Below, piece after piece: positions 27,658 to 37,140 of a stretch of 64,000 bases of DNA. Source of the stretch: an uncultured Chloroflexia bacterium (lineage in GTDB: Bacteria > Chloroflexota > Limnocylindria > Limnocylindrales > CSP1-4); NCBI GenBank assembly GCA_963826225.1, contig CAWGWF010000002.1, positions 4,987-68,986 of the forward strand, given 5' to 3'. Numbering within the stretch: position 1 is the stretch's first letter; each line of letters opens with the position of its first letter. The position numbers and the translations under genes are program-made. The notes beneath the pieces were generated by a model, which ran no database searches, was not told where the DNA came from, and was given only the letters and a program-made list of their open reading frames with translations.

Positions 27658-29076
27658 ATGACCGCGTCCCAGCCGGCAGCGCCGGCGCGCTTCCACGTGA
27701 TGGCGAAGCCGACGGGAGCGGTCTGCAACCTCGGCTGCTCGTACTGCTTCTTCCTGGACAAGGAGGCGCTCTACCCGGGTTCCACCTTCCGGATGTCGGA
27801 CGAGGTGCTGGAGCGGTACGTCGAGCAGCTGATCGCCTCGCATCGATCGGACACGGTGACGTTCGCCTGGCAGGGCGGCGAGCCCACCCTCATGGGCCTC
27901 GACTTCTTCCGGCGGGCGGTGGAGCTGCAGGAGCGCCACCGGCGCCCCGGGATGACGATCGAGAACACGCTCCAGACGAACGGGACCCGCCTCGACGAGG
28001 AGTGGGCCGCCTTTCTCGCCGAGCAGGGCTTCCTCATCGGCATCTCGATCGACGGGCCGCGCGAGCTCCACGACGGCAACCGGGTGGACAAGGGCGGCAA
28101 GCCGACCTTCGACCAGGTCATGCGGGGGTTGCGGCTGCTCCAGGCGCACGAGGTCGAGTACAACGTCCTGACGACCGTCAATCGCCTCAATGGCGACCAC
28201 CCGCTCGAGGTGTACCGGTTCCTGCGCGACGAGGTCGGGACGGACTGGATGCAGTTCATCCCGGTCGTCGAGCGGCTGGACACGTCCGGCCGGCCGGACC
28301 CGATGGAAGGGACCGTTGCGTCGGCCCGCTCGGTTCGGGCGGAGCAGTTCGGCCGGTTCCTCATCGCGATCTGGGACGAGTGGGTCCGCCGTGACGTCGG
28401 GCGGGTCTTCGTCCAGACGTTCGAGGCCACGCTGCGGAACTTCTACGGGGCCGGCGGATCGGGCCTGTGCGTCTTCGACGAGACCTGCGGCGCGGGTCTG
28501 GCCCTCGAGCACACCGGTGATCTCTACTCGTGCGACCACTTTGTCGAGCCGCAGCACCGGGTCGGCAGCATCCGGGAGCTCCCGATGCTCGACCTCGTCG
28601 GCTCGGAGCAGCAGCGAGCGTTCGGTGCGGCCAAGCGGGACACGCTCCCGCGGATGTGCCGCGAGTGCGACGTCCGCTTTGCCTGCCACGGCGAGTGCCC
28701 CAAGAACCGCTTCCTCCTGACGCCCGAGGGCGAGCCCGGGCTCAACTACCTGTGCGCCGGATTGATGGCCTTCTTCCGCCACGTCGACGTGCCCGCCCGG
28801 GTCATCGTCCGGCTGCTCCAGACCGGCCGCGAGGCGTCGGAGGTGATGCCGCTCCTGGCGCGGCGCGACGCCGAGCTGGCGACGGTCGTGGCCGCGGCTC
28901 ATCGGAACGACCCCTGCCCGTGCGGCAGCGGGCGCAAGGTGAAGCAGTGCCACGGCGAGACGCGGCCCGTGCGGCCCCCGGCCGATCTGTCCGGTATCCC
29001 GCTCGGGACGCCCCGGCCGCCGGTGATCCGGGGCTCGCGCGGTCCGGATGACGCCGGGCCGGACGCAGTGACCTAG
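27658..29076 (+). CDS. anaerobic sulfatase-maturating enzyme (radical SAM/SPASM) with C-terminal SEC-C motif
   Basis: Radical-SAM CNLGCSYC. Cys-rich SPASM region (CVFDETCG..., CDHF, CRECDVRFACHGECPKNR). C-terminal NDPCPCGSGRKVKQCHG. Confidence 0.9.
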   Translation: MTASQPAAPARFHVMAKPTGAVCNLGCSYCFFLDKEALYPGSTFRMSDEVLERYVEQLIASHRSDTVTFAWQGGEPTLMGLDFFRRAVELQERHRRPGMTIENTLQTNGTRLDEEWAAFLAEQGFLIGISIDGPRELHDGNRVDKGGKPTFDQVMRGLRLLQAHEVEYNVLTTVNRLNGDHPLEVYRFLRDEVGTDWMQFIPVVERLDTSGRPDPMEGTVASARSVRAEQFGRFLIAIWDEWVRRDVGRVFVQTFEATLRNFYGAGGSGLCVFDETCGAGLALEHTGDLYSCDHFVEPQHRVGSIRELPMLDLVGSEQQRAFGAAKRDTLPRMCRECDVRFACHGECPKNRFLLTPEGEPGLNYLCAGLMAFFRHVDVPARVIVRLLQTGREASEVMPLLARRDAELATVVAAAHRNDPCPCGSGRKVKQCHGETRPVRPPADLSGIPLGTPRPPVIRGSRGPDDAGPDAVT

Positions 29077-29279
29077 CCCGAAGCGGGGCACGGGCCCGCC
29101 CGAACACGACGCCGCACCGTGCCTCACGGTCTGCCCGCTGGCGCCGGCCGGCCCCACCTCGCGCGCGGAGAGTCGGCCTGGACGCGACGGTATCCTAGGT
29201 GGCGGACACCACTCGGAGGCAGCCTCGTGCGGCTCGGGGGTCGCGCGACAGCGTGGTCCCACCCGTGCCGGAGGACGTA

Positions 29280-31289
29280 ATGGCGCGCAGCCCCCGCTTC
29301 GACTGCCTCTTCGAGCCCGTTCGCATCGGTCCCGTGACCGCGCCGAATCGCTTCTACCAGGTTCCCCACTGCACGGGCATGGGCCACCGACGTTCCCGGA
29401 CGCTGGCTGCCATGCGCGGCGTCAAGGCCGAGGGTGGCTGGGGGACCGTGTGCACCGAGTTCTGCTCGATCCACCGGACCTCGGACGACGAGCCGTTCCC
29501 GTATGCCGCCCTGTGGGACGACCGTCACGTTCGAGCGATGGGTCGCACCGCCGACGCGATCCATGCCCATGGCGCGCTCGCAGGCGTGGAGCTGTGGCAC
29601 GGCGGCGCTCGCAGCGCCAATCACTACTCCCGGGAGACGCCCCTGGGGGTGCGGTCGCGGCCGGCCGGCGTGTACGACCCGGTCCAGACCAGGGCGATGG
29701 ACAAGTCCGACATCCGGCAGTTCAGACAGCGTCACCGCGAGGCCGCAAGGCGGGCGAAGCGCGCCGGGTTCGACATTGTCTACGTGTATGCGGCGCACGG
29801 GTACCTGGTCAACCAGTTCCTCTTTCCCTCCAACCGGCGAACCGACGAGTACGGCGGATCGCTCGAGAACCGGGCACGCCTGCTGAAGGAGCTGCTCGAG
29901 GAGACGAAGGATGCCGTCGGTGACACGTGCGCCGTGGCCGTGCGCTTCTCCGCCAGCTCCGGTGGTGACGACGGCCATCACGACACCGCCGAGCCGAGGG
30001 CGATGATCGAGCTGCTGGCGGACCTGCCCGACCTGTGGGACATCACCGTCCATGACTACACGCTGGAGATGGGCACCTCGCGCTTCGTGAAGGAGGCCGC
30101 GCTCGAGGCGACGATGTCGTGGGTCAAACAGGTGACGCAGAAGCCCGTGGTCAGCGTGGGACGGTTCACGTCCCCGGAGACGATGCTGCGCCTGGTCCGC
30201 ACGGGCGTCGTCGATCTCATCGGCGCGGCCCGGCCATCCATCGCCGATCCGTTCCTCCCCCGGAAGATCGCCGAGGGACGAGAGGACGAGATCCGGGAGT
30301 GCATCGGCTGCAACATCTGCTACACGGGCGATCAGACGGCCACGCCGATCCGGTGCACCCAGAACCCCACCATGGGCGAGGAGTGGCGCAAGGGCTGGCA
30401 CCCGGAGCGGATCCCGCCCAAGGGCTCGGACGCGTCCGTCCTGATCGTGGGCGGCGGGCCCGCCGGGCTGGAGGCGGCGGTGGCGCTGGGGCGGCGCGGC
30501 TACCGGGTCACGCTGGCCGAAGCCCGCACCCAGCTGGGGGGCCGGGCCTCGCTGGAATCGACGCTGCCCGGGCTTACGGAGTGGGTTCGCGTCCGGGACT
30601 GGCGCCTTGGGCAGCTCGCCACGCTCCGGAACGTCGATGTCTACCTCGGCAGCCTGGTGGACGAGGAGCAGATCCTGGGGTTCGGGGCGGATCGCGTCGC
30701 CATCGCCACCGGGTCCCGGTGGCGCCGGGATGGGATCGGGCGCCATCTCGACGACCCGGTGCCCGGCTGGGATCGACCGTCGGTGCTCACGCCCGACGAC
30801 ATCATGGCCGGCGCCCGGCCCTCCGGCCCGGTCGTCGTCTTCGACGACGACCACTACTACATGGGGAGCGTGGTCGCCGAGGCCCTGCGGCGACTGGGAT
30901 GCGACGTCACGCTGGTGACCCCCGCCAACGAGGTCTCCACCTGGACGTGGCGGACCGACGAGCAGCCACGGATCCAGCGGCGGCTGCTCGAGATCGACGT
31001 GGCGATCGTCACCGGGACGTCCCTGGGGCGCATCGCCGAGGGCTCGGTCGCCCTGGAGTGCGTGTACACCGGCCGCGTGCACGAGGTCGGGGCGGCAACT
31101 GTCGTGATGGTCACGTCCCGGGCACCCGAGGATTCGCTGTTCCGGACACTGGACGGGCGCATCGCCATCGGGCGGATCGGCGACTGCGACGCCCCGGGCA
31201 CGATTGCCACCGCCGTCTACTCCGGGCACCGCTACGCGCGCGAGATGGACGCCACCCAGGGGCGGCTGGCCGGCTTCAGACGGGAGTAG
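29280..31289 (+). CDS. NADH:flavin oxidoreductase of the trimethylamine dehydrogenase / 2,4-dienoyl-CoA reductase type (OYE-like TIM barrel + [4Fe-4S] + FAD/NAD(P) domain)
   Basis: FEPVRIGPVTAPNRFYQVPH, Fe-S motif CIGCNICYTGDQTATPIRC, dinucleotide fold VLIVGGGPAGLEAA. Start taken at the ATG at 29280 within ORF 29199..31289. Confidence 0.9.
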   Translation: MARSPRFDCLFEPVRIGPVTAPNRFYQVPHCTGMGHRRSRTLAAMRGVKAEGGWGTVCTEFCSIHRTSDDEPFPYAALWDDRHVRAMGRTADAIHAHGALAGVELWHGGARSANHYSRETPLGVRSRPAGVYDPVQTRAMDKSDIRQFRQRHREAARRAKRAGFDIVYVYAAHGYLVNQFLFPSNRRTDEYGGSLENRARLLKELLEETKDAVGDTCAVAVRFSASSGGDDGHHDTAEPRAMIELLADLPDLWDITVHDYTLEMGTSRFVKEAALEATMSWVKQVTQKPVVSVGRFTSPETMLRLVRTGVVDLIGAARPSIADPFLPRKIAEGREDEIRECIGCNICYTGDQTATPIRCTQNPTMGEEWRKGWHPERIPPKGSDASVLIVGGGPAGLEAAVALGRRGYRVTLAEARTQLGGRASLESTLPGLTEWVRVRDWRLGQLATLRNVDVYLGSLVDEEQILGFGADRVAIATGSRWRRDGIGRHLDDPVPGWDRPSVLTPDDIMAGARPSGPVVVFDDDHYYMGSVVAEALRRLGCDVTLVTPANEVSTWTWRTDEQPRIQRRLLEIDVAIVTGTSLGRIAEGSVALECVYTGRVHEVGAATVVMVTSRAPEDSLFRTLDGRIAIGRIGDCDAPGTIATAVYSGHRYAREMDATQGRLAGFRRE

Positions 31290-31310
31290 CCCGGGGCGGG
31301 CAGCGCGCGA

Positions 31311-32130
31311 GGCGGGCGGTCCGCCCGTCACGGGGGCGTCACGGGGCAAGGGCACGCTCTGGGCAACCACCACACGGAGCCGTTCATGTCGCTCATCGGA
31401 GATCTCGGCAGCTTCATCCTCGGAACCGCGTATGCGCTGCGCGTCCCGTTCGCGATCGCGGGGATCGTCGCGCTCGTCGTCCTGGCCGCGGTCGCCCGCC
31501 GGCGAGGCTGGGTCGTCGTCGCGCGGCGCCATCCGCTGGCGTCGGCGGTCGCGATCGGCGCCGCGGCGATCGTGGCGGTGCCGCTCGGCTGGTACCTCGT
31601 GTCACCCCTGTTCATCTCGACGGAGCTGCAGGAGGCGCCGGTCGTCGCCGCGGCGAACCCGTCCCCGTCCCCGGTCGCGCCCACGACGCCGGCGCCGACC
31701 GCATCCACCAGCCCGCGACCCGACGCCTCTGCAACGGTGGCACCCACCGCCTCGCCGCCGCCGACGCCCGAACCCTGGACGCCGGCGCCACCGCGACGGG
31801 GCGAGTTCGTCGGGACCGACGAGTTCCACTTCGGACGGGGCACCGCCACCCTGAGCGAGGTCGCGCCGGGGGAGTGGGTCGTCCGGTTCGACGACTTTGC
31901 CGTCCGCAACGGCCCGGACCTCTTTGTCTACCTGTCGCCCGATGCCGACGGCTATGTGGACGGCGCGATCGAGGTCGCCCGTCTCAAGGCCGACAAGGGC
32001 AGCTTCAACACGCAGGTCCCGTCCGGCACGGACGTCTCGGGCGCCAGGTCCGTGCTCATCTGGTGCAAGCAGTTCTCGCACCTGTTCGCGGTGGCCACCC
32101 TCGACCGCTGAGGGAGCGGCGCACGTGCTG
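31311..32130 (+). repeat. 820-bp direct repeat, copy A (contains DM13 gene)
   Basis: Matches 37141..37961 base for base. The only differences I can see are one 1-nt indel at the left end and two substitutions (ctctgggcaacc versus ctctgtgcaacc; gcatccaccagc versus gcatccgccagc). Confidence 0.9.
31386..32111 (+). CDS. DM13 domain-containing membrane protein, copy 1
   Basis: Two N-terminal TM helices, a Pro/Thr/Ala linker and a C-terminal DM13 pattern (GEFVGTDEFHFGRGTATL...FAVRNGPDLFVYLS...KGSFN...SVLIWCKQFSHLFAVA). Confidence 0.8.
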   Translation: MSLIGDLGSFILGTAYALRVPFAIAGIVALVVLAAVARRRGWVVVARRHPLASAVAIGAAAIVAVPLGWYLVSPLFISTELQEAPVVAAANPSPSPVAPTTPAPTASTSPRPDASATVAPTASPPPTPEPWTPAPPRRGEFVGTDEFHFGRGTATLSEVAPGEWVVRFDDFAVRNGPDLFVYLSPDADGYVDGAIEVARLKADKGSFNTQVPSGTDVSGARSVLIWCKQFSHLFAVATLDR

Positions 32131-32440
32131 ACGGTTCGAAGCCGCCGGCGATCGTCCGGTAACGGGCCCGGGACCGGCGCCCTCGGGGTGGTGGGATCCG
32201 GCTGCAAGCCAGGACCGACTCTGCGGCGCCGCGGGGGACGCCAGTCCGTCGGGGCTGCGACCGCAGGGTCCGCGCGGCGCCGCCTCGGCAGGGTGCTGCA
32301 GGAACGGGGGTGCCAACCGGGCACAATGCGTTGACTCCACGCACCCAACCGGGCCGCCAGGCCCTTACCATTGGCGGTCACGACCGGGACCATCGGCGGC
32401 CAGAGGGGGACGCCGGAGCACATCGACGAAGGAGGATCCG

Positions 32441-33292
32441 TTGAGCAAGAAGGTATTGCGGACGATCGCGACCCTCGTGGCGGCCGCGGCACTTGCGCTG
32501 ACGTTCGTGGCGCCCGCATCGGCGATCACGGGCGGCGAACGGGATGGCGCGGGCCACCCGAACGTGGGCCTGATCCTGTTCTACGACGCCGGGGGCCGGT
32601 TCCGGTGCTCGGCGACGCTCGTCTCGCCGACCGTCGTCCTGACCGCGGCCCACTGCACCCTCGGCACGCTGGGCAAGACCGGGGTGACGTTCGAGTCCGA
32701 GATTGCCGAGCAGGGACCGTCGCCGTTCCCGCCCGCCGCCGATCCGTCGGCCGGCTACACGGCGGCCGAGCTCGAGGCCATGGGCATGCTGTCCGGGACC
32801 GCGTATACCCACCCGGACTACTCGGACTTCACGGACATTCGGAACTGGAACGACGTCGGCGTGATCGTGCTCGATGAGCCGGTGGCAGGAATCGCCCCCG
32901 CCTCGCTGCCGCCGCGCGGCTACCTCGGTGGCTTCGCGCAGCCGACGCTCAACAGCACGCTGTTCACGGTCGTCGGCTACGGCACCGAGGTCCGCAAGCC
33001 CGTCTCCGGGCCCCAGAAGCCCCAGCCGATGAGCTACCCGCTCGTGCGCCGGGTCACGACCTCGCCGGGGCAGAAGCTCACGCCCCAGATCCTGCAGCTG
33101 AACGGCGTCATCAACGATGTCCGTGGCGGCGGCGGGACGTGTTTCGGGGACTCGGGCGGCCCGGTGTTCCTCAACGGATACCTCGTCGCGGACACGAGCT
33201 ACGGCTACACGCTCAACTGCCGCTACCTCGGCGGCTACCAGCGGCTGGACATCAAGGTCGTCCAGGACTGGCTGGCGACCTTCGGGCTCTAG
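32441..33292 (+). CDS. secreted trypsin-like serine protease (S1 family)
   Basis: TTG start after GGAGGA. Signal peptide ...FVAPASA. Catalytic LTAAHC and GDSGGP. Confidence 0.9.
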   Translation: MSKKVLRTIATLVAAAALALTFVAPASAITGGERDGAGHPNVGLILFYDAGGRFRCSATLVSPTVVLTAAHCTLGTLGKTGVTFESEIAEQGPSPFPPAADPSAGYTAAELEAMGMLSGTAYTHPDYSDFTDIRNWNDVGVIVLDEPVAGIAPASLPPRGYLGGFAQPTLNSTLFTVVGYGTEVRKPVSGPQKPQPMSYPLVRRVTTSPGQKLTPQILQLNGVINDVRGGGGTCFGDSGGPVFLNGYLVADTSYGYTLNCRYLGGYQRLDIKVVQDWLATFGL

Positions 33293-33465
33293 CACCCAGC
33301 TCCTGACCGATGGCGCCGGCCCCGCCGGCATGACGAGCCCGGGCGCCGTGACCCTCCACCCTCTCGATGCGCTGGAGGACACGACCCGGGCTCGACAGCA
33401 TCTCGATCCGGCGAGGCGGGCGCTCAGCCTGGTCCGCCGGGGTTCACGCCAGTAGGATCGGGCCC

Positions 33466-33630
33466 ATGGACGCCATCGACCTGCGATCCGACACGGTCAC
33501 GCGGCCGTCTCGTGGCATGCGCGAAGCGATGGCCCGCGCGGAAGTGGGGGACGACCAGTTCGGCGAGGATCCGACCGTCAACCGGTTGCAGGAGCGCATC
33601 GCCGACCTGCTGGCGAAGGAAGCCGCGCTA
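33466..33630 (+). pseudogene. 5' fragment of low-specificity L-threonine aldolase (about 55 codons)
   Basis: [55 protein letters not shown] is the canonical N-terminus of the family. Homology ends where the convergent SDR reading frame begins. Confidence 0.65.
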
Positions 33631-34357
33631 ACCCGCCGTCGACCGCGATCACCTGGCCGGTGATCCATGCCGCGTCGGCCGAGACCAGGAACACCGCGAG
33701 ACCGGCCACGTCCTCCGGCTCGCCCACCCGGCCGAGCGGGTGCATCGCGACCGACGCGCGCAGGGTCCCCTCGTGCTCTATCAGGCGGCGGGTCAGGTTC
33801 GAGCGGACGAGTCCCGGTGCGATGGCGTTCACCCGAATGCCGCGTCCGGCATACGTTGCGGCCGCGGATGTGACCAGGCCTTCGATGCCACCCTTGGCCG
33901 CCGCGATGGCCTCGTGATTGAGCAGGCCGATCCGGGTGGCCGCCGACGACATCAGGACGACCGACGCCGGCCGCCCGCGCGGCACGGCCCGGACGAACGG
34001 CCGAAGTGCGTAGAAGGCCGACAGGAGGTTGACCGCCAGGACGTCGTCCAGCTCGGCGTCGGAGAGGGCATGGGCCGGTTTGAGCAACGTGGAGCCCACT
34101 GCGTGGATCAGGGCATCCGGCGGGCCGAGTCGCTCCGCCGCGCCGGCGATCGCCGCGGTCATCTCATCGGCGACGGTCGCGTCGGCGACGAAGCCAGCGG
34201 CCGAGGGCCCCAGCTCGGCGACCAGGGCATCGGTGCGGCCGCGGTCACGGCCCACGACCGCCACGTCCCACCCGGCGGCAACGAGGCGGCGGCCGATCGC
34301 TGAGCCGATGGCGCCCGTTGCTCCGGTCACGATCGCGACTCGAGCGCCGGCCGTCAT
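33578..34357 (-). CDS. short-chain dehydrogenase/reductase family protein (atypical: catalytic Tyr position is Ile)
   Basis: [12 protein letters not shown] Rossmann motif and [11 protein letters not shown]. The expected YxxxK reads IAAAK. The last ~16 codons ([16 protein letters not shown]) read into the aldolase fragment. Confidence 0.8.
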   Translation of the reverse strand: MTAGARVAIVTGATGAIGSAIGRRLVAAGWDVAVVGRDRGRTDALVAELGPSAAGFVADATVADEMTAAIAGAAERLGPPDALIHAVGSTLLKPAHALSDAELDDVLAVNLLSAFYALRPFVRAVPRGRPASVVLMSSAATRIGLLNHEAIAAAKGGIEGLVTSAAATYAGRGIRVNAIAPGLVRSNLTRRLIEHEGTLRASVAMHPLGRVGEPEDVAGLAVFLVSADAAWITGQVIAVDGGLARLPSPAGRRCAPATG

Positions 34358-34914
34358 CGCTGCCCCTCCGCCGCCGGCTCCGCCCGCAGCTGGCCGCCGC
34401 GGACGGTCCCGCCGATCACCATGGCAGCGGCCACCAGGACGAGGTTCTTGATGATGTACTGGCCCTCCAGCGTCGGGGCGATCGGAACGACCGTGAAGGT
34501 CTCCGTGGGATAGAGCAGCAGCGGCGTCATGGTCCCCAGCATCTGCACGGCCAGCAGCAGCAGGGTCGCGCGCAGGAAGCGTCCGCTCAGCAGTCCCAGC
34601 CCGATGAGGACCTCCCACACGGCCAGCGCCGGCAGGGAGACGGTCGCCGGCACCAGGCCGAAGGTCAGCGCCTCGATGGTGCGCGTCGCGAGGTCCTGCG
34701 CCGGGCTGAGACCCGGGACGAGCTTCAGGGCGCCGAACCACAGGAACACGAGCCCCAGCGCGATGCGCAGCAGCGGCACGGCGGCAGCGGCGAGCGCCAT
34801 CGTGATCGTGCGGTCGAGGTTGTCGAACCCGATGCGCCATCGGGCGTCGGGCGAGCTGAGCGAGTCGAGCATGGGCGTGATCCAGGGTGCGGCGGCTTCA
34901 GGCTCTTCCATCAT
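34354..34914 (-). CDS. DUF417/YkgB-like (DoxX-related) membrane protein
   Basis: LRIALGLVFLWFGALKL...WEVLIGLGLL...EGQYIIKNLVLVAAAM. ATGA overlap with the SDR gene. Start taken at the ATG at 34914. Confidence 0.7.
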   Translation of the reverse strand: MMEEPEAAAPWITPMLDSLSSPDARWRIGFDNLDRTITMALAAAAVPLLRIALGLVFLWFGALKLVPGLSPAQDLATRTIEALTFGLVPATVSLPALAVWEVLIGLGLLSGRFLRATLLLLAVQMLGTMTPLLLYPTETFTVVPIAPTLEGQYIIKNLVLVAAAMVIGGTVRGGQLRAEPAAEGQR

Positions 34915-35039
34915 GGCACGGAGGGGACGCTGCGGCCGCCAGCGCACGTCCCGGGCAGGAGCCGTGCCCGCCGTTGCCAATGCCACCGCAGTCCTCGCAC
35001 CCGCATGGCTGGGCGCCCATGGCCCTCCGGGCGGCTACC

Positions 35040-35850
35040 ATGTCGCCGATGCGGTCCCCTGCCTCCACGCTCCCCGACAGCCTCCGGCGTCGCGTCGTCC
35101 GCGAGGCCGAGGAGCTGTTCTCCCATGCGGAGGACCCTCTTGCCGACACGCTCCGCTATGCGGGTGATCCGGGACTCTTCGGTCCGGATTCCATCACCTG
35201 GGAGATCATGGGCGACGCGTCGACCTTCATCGGGGGCATCCGCGCGCTGCTGGTCCAGGCGGCACACCCGGAGGTCGTGGCCGGCGTCGCGGATCACTCG
35301 CGCTACCGGGAGGATCCGCTCGGACGGCTGTCGCGGACCTCGAACTACGTGACCGCCACCTCGTACGGCGCCATGCCGGAGGTGGAAGCGGCCGTCGACG
35401 CGGTGCGGCGCGCGCACGTCAGGGTGCGCGGGACGTCCCATCGCGGGATCCCGTACACGGCGGCGGATCGGCGCTGGCAGCCTGGGTCCACAACTCGCTC
35501 ACGGACTCGTTCCTCGTCGCGGCCAGGTGTTCGGTCCGCGTTCGCTGTCGACGGAGGAGGCCGACCGGTTCGTCACCGAGCAGGCGCTCGTCGGCCGTCT
35601 CCTCGGGGCCGATCCGCTGCCCCAGACGGCGGTGGACCTCGCCGGCTGGGTCGCGGAGCACCCCGCCGTCGCGCGTCCCCGGGAATGGAGGAGGCCGTCC
35701 GGTTCCTCAGGCACCCGCCCCTCGCCCCCGCAGTGTTGCTCAGCTATCGCCTGTTGGCGGGGGCTGCAGTGGGCACACTCCGGGGCGGCTGCGCAAGGTC
35801 GGGACCTTCGCGCCCGCCGGGCTCTTCGCCCTCGACCACAACCTTGGGCG
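35040..35850 (+). pseudogene. MpaB-family oxygenase (DUF2236), at least three 1-nt frameshifts
   Basis: The family pattern runs through three frames: ...GPDSITWEIMGDASTFIGGIRALLVQAAHPEV...IPYTAAD | ALAAWVHNSLTDSFLVAA | VFGPRSLSTEEADRFVTEQALVGRLLG...DLAGWV | PGMEEAVRFLRHPPLAPAVLLSYRLL. Shifts lie near 35468, 35522 and 35680. The 3' end is approximate. Confidence 0.6.
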
Positions 35851-36265
35851 CTCGCAGAGGATCTGCGAAGGCCAGGGCCATCGAGTCGGTCACCAGGAAC
35901 CACTGGTTCTCGAGACGGCGGGCGTCGGGCGGCAGGGCCCGGTAGTCGAGGTCGTCGAGCCCGTGGCCCTGGGCGCGTTGCCCGGCCGCCCACGCGGTGA
36001 CCCGGGTTCCAGCAGCCAGGAGAGCCCGGTACCGGTCCGCCTCGACGTCGAACTTGGCGGCCACCTGGAAGCCGACCAGGAGGCGTCCCCCTCTCGAGGC
36101 GCGCTCGATGTCCCGGGTCGTTCGCAGCATGGTCCGGGGGTCGTAGGTGAAGCGCGTGGCATCCGGTGCGCGACCCAGCGCCTCCGCGAGACGTCGGCCG
36201 ATCTCGAAGATCCCCGAGTCGCCGGCGCCGGCAGGGTAGGTCCAGTCCATGTCCCTGGCAGCCAT
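35744..36265 (-). CDS. stand-alone DICT-like sensory domain protein
   Basis: LLVGFQVAAKFDVEADRYRALLAAGTRVTAW...LPPDARRLENQWFLVTDSMALAF resembles the DICT pattern (FQ..kF..e..rY..L...v......L..EWFlV). The C-terminal ~40 codons are probably read-through. Confidence 0.5.
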   Translation of the reverse strand: MAARDMDWTYPAGAGDSGIFEIGRRLAEALGRAPDATRFTYDPRTMLRTTRDIERASRGGRLLVGFQVAAKFDVEADRYRALLAAGTRVTAWAAGQRAQGHGLDDLDYRALPPDARRLENQWFLVTDSMALAFADPLRAPKVVVEGEEPGGREGPDLAQPPRSVPTAAPANRR

Positions 36266-36346
36266 ATCGCTGCGCTCCTTGCGATGGTCCGTCTTGGCTA
36301 CCTGGTCATTCGCGAGTTGCTATGTTCGCTCACTTTGCGTCGGTTC

Positions 36347-36362
36347 GCGCAACGAGTTGCGC
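36347..36362. promoter_or_regulatory. perfect 7-bp inverted repeat gcgcaac-ga-gttgcgc in a low-GC stretch upstream of the DICT-like gene
   Basis: Read directly from the sequence, about 85 nt upstream of the start at 36265. Function unknown. Confidence 0.25.
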
Positions 36363-36474
36363 CAGCCATTCGTCAGGCCGCGCGCGCCGAGGCTTCGTCC
36401 GACGCCGCGTCGAGGCAGGACCCCAGCGCCCGGCGCCACAGCCCGGCCTTGCCGGACTCCTTCGACCGCGGAAC

Positions 36475-37007
36475 TCAGCCGCCCTTCGCCTGCTCGGTGG
36501 CACGAGCGAGGTCCGCAGTCGCGCTCCATGTCGTCGCGCGTCGAGGCGGACAATCCGCCGCCGAGCATGCGCTGGACGAGCGTTCCGACACGTTCGTCGC
36601 GCCGATCTCGAACCGCAGAGTCGTCATCGTGCCGTCGTCGTCCGGGACCAGCCGCCACGTCGTCCGGTACGTCGCGCCGGCCTCGCGGGCGACCGCGGCT
36701 AGGAGGCTGGCGGCTCCCATGCGACGACACTCAGCTCCTGGGCGTGCTCACGATCGAAGACCCGGCGTGTCTGCCGCCAGCGGGTCCCCACGCCCGCCGA
36801 CTGCGCCGTGAGGTACTCGACGCAGACGTACGAGGCGACGACCCCTGGATAGCGATCGATCGCGCTGACGGTGGCCCACGCAGCGTCGACGGGCGCGATG
36901 ACGCGCCGCTCAACCTCGATCGTGATCACGTTCGCGGTCCATGGACTATCGGGGGCGGCTCCTTCGACGACGGGTGCTCGGGCAGCTCGCTCGCAGCCAT
37001 GAAGCAT
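36475..37007 (-). pseudogene. SRPBCC (polyketide cyclase/START-like) protein, frameshifted
   Basis: ORF 36699..37064 (...VITIEVERRVIAPVDAAWATVSAIDRYPGVV...VVAWEPPAS*) continues in another frame as ORF 36475..36720 (LLAAVAREAGATYRTTWRLVPDDDGTMTTLRFEIGA). There is a 1-nt shift near 36700, and the C-terminus probably holds further shifts. Confidence 0.55.
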
Positions 37008-37140
37008 CAAGGTGCGTGCGGCGCGTCTCGGCAAGGCGCAGGCCGGGCGGGTACCGTCGGCCACGTCGCGGCGGAGGCGGACGCGGCCCCCGGAGCGGAG
37101 CCCGGCCGCCCGGGCCTTCGGGGTGACCCCGGGACGCCTC

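Noticed and set aside
25980-29262. Long minus-strand ORFs 25980..27761 and 27535..29262
   Set aside because: They are antisense shadows of the sulfatase and radical-SAM maturase genes, both of which carry unambiguous catalytic motifs on the plus strand.
29124-32131. ORFs 29124..31532 (-) and 30119..32131 (+)
   Set aside because: They are antisense or out-of-frame overlaps of the flavin oxidoreductase and DM13 genes, with extreme Arg/Gly/Pro content.
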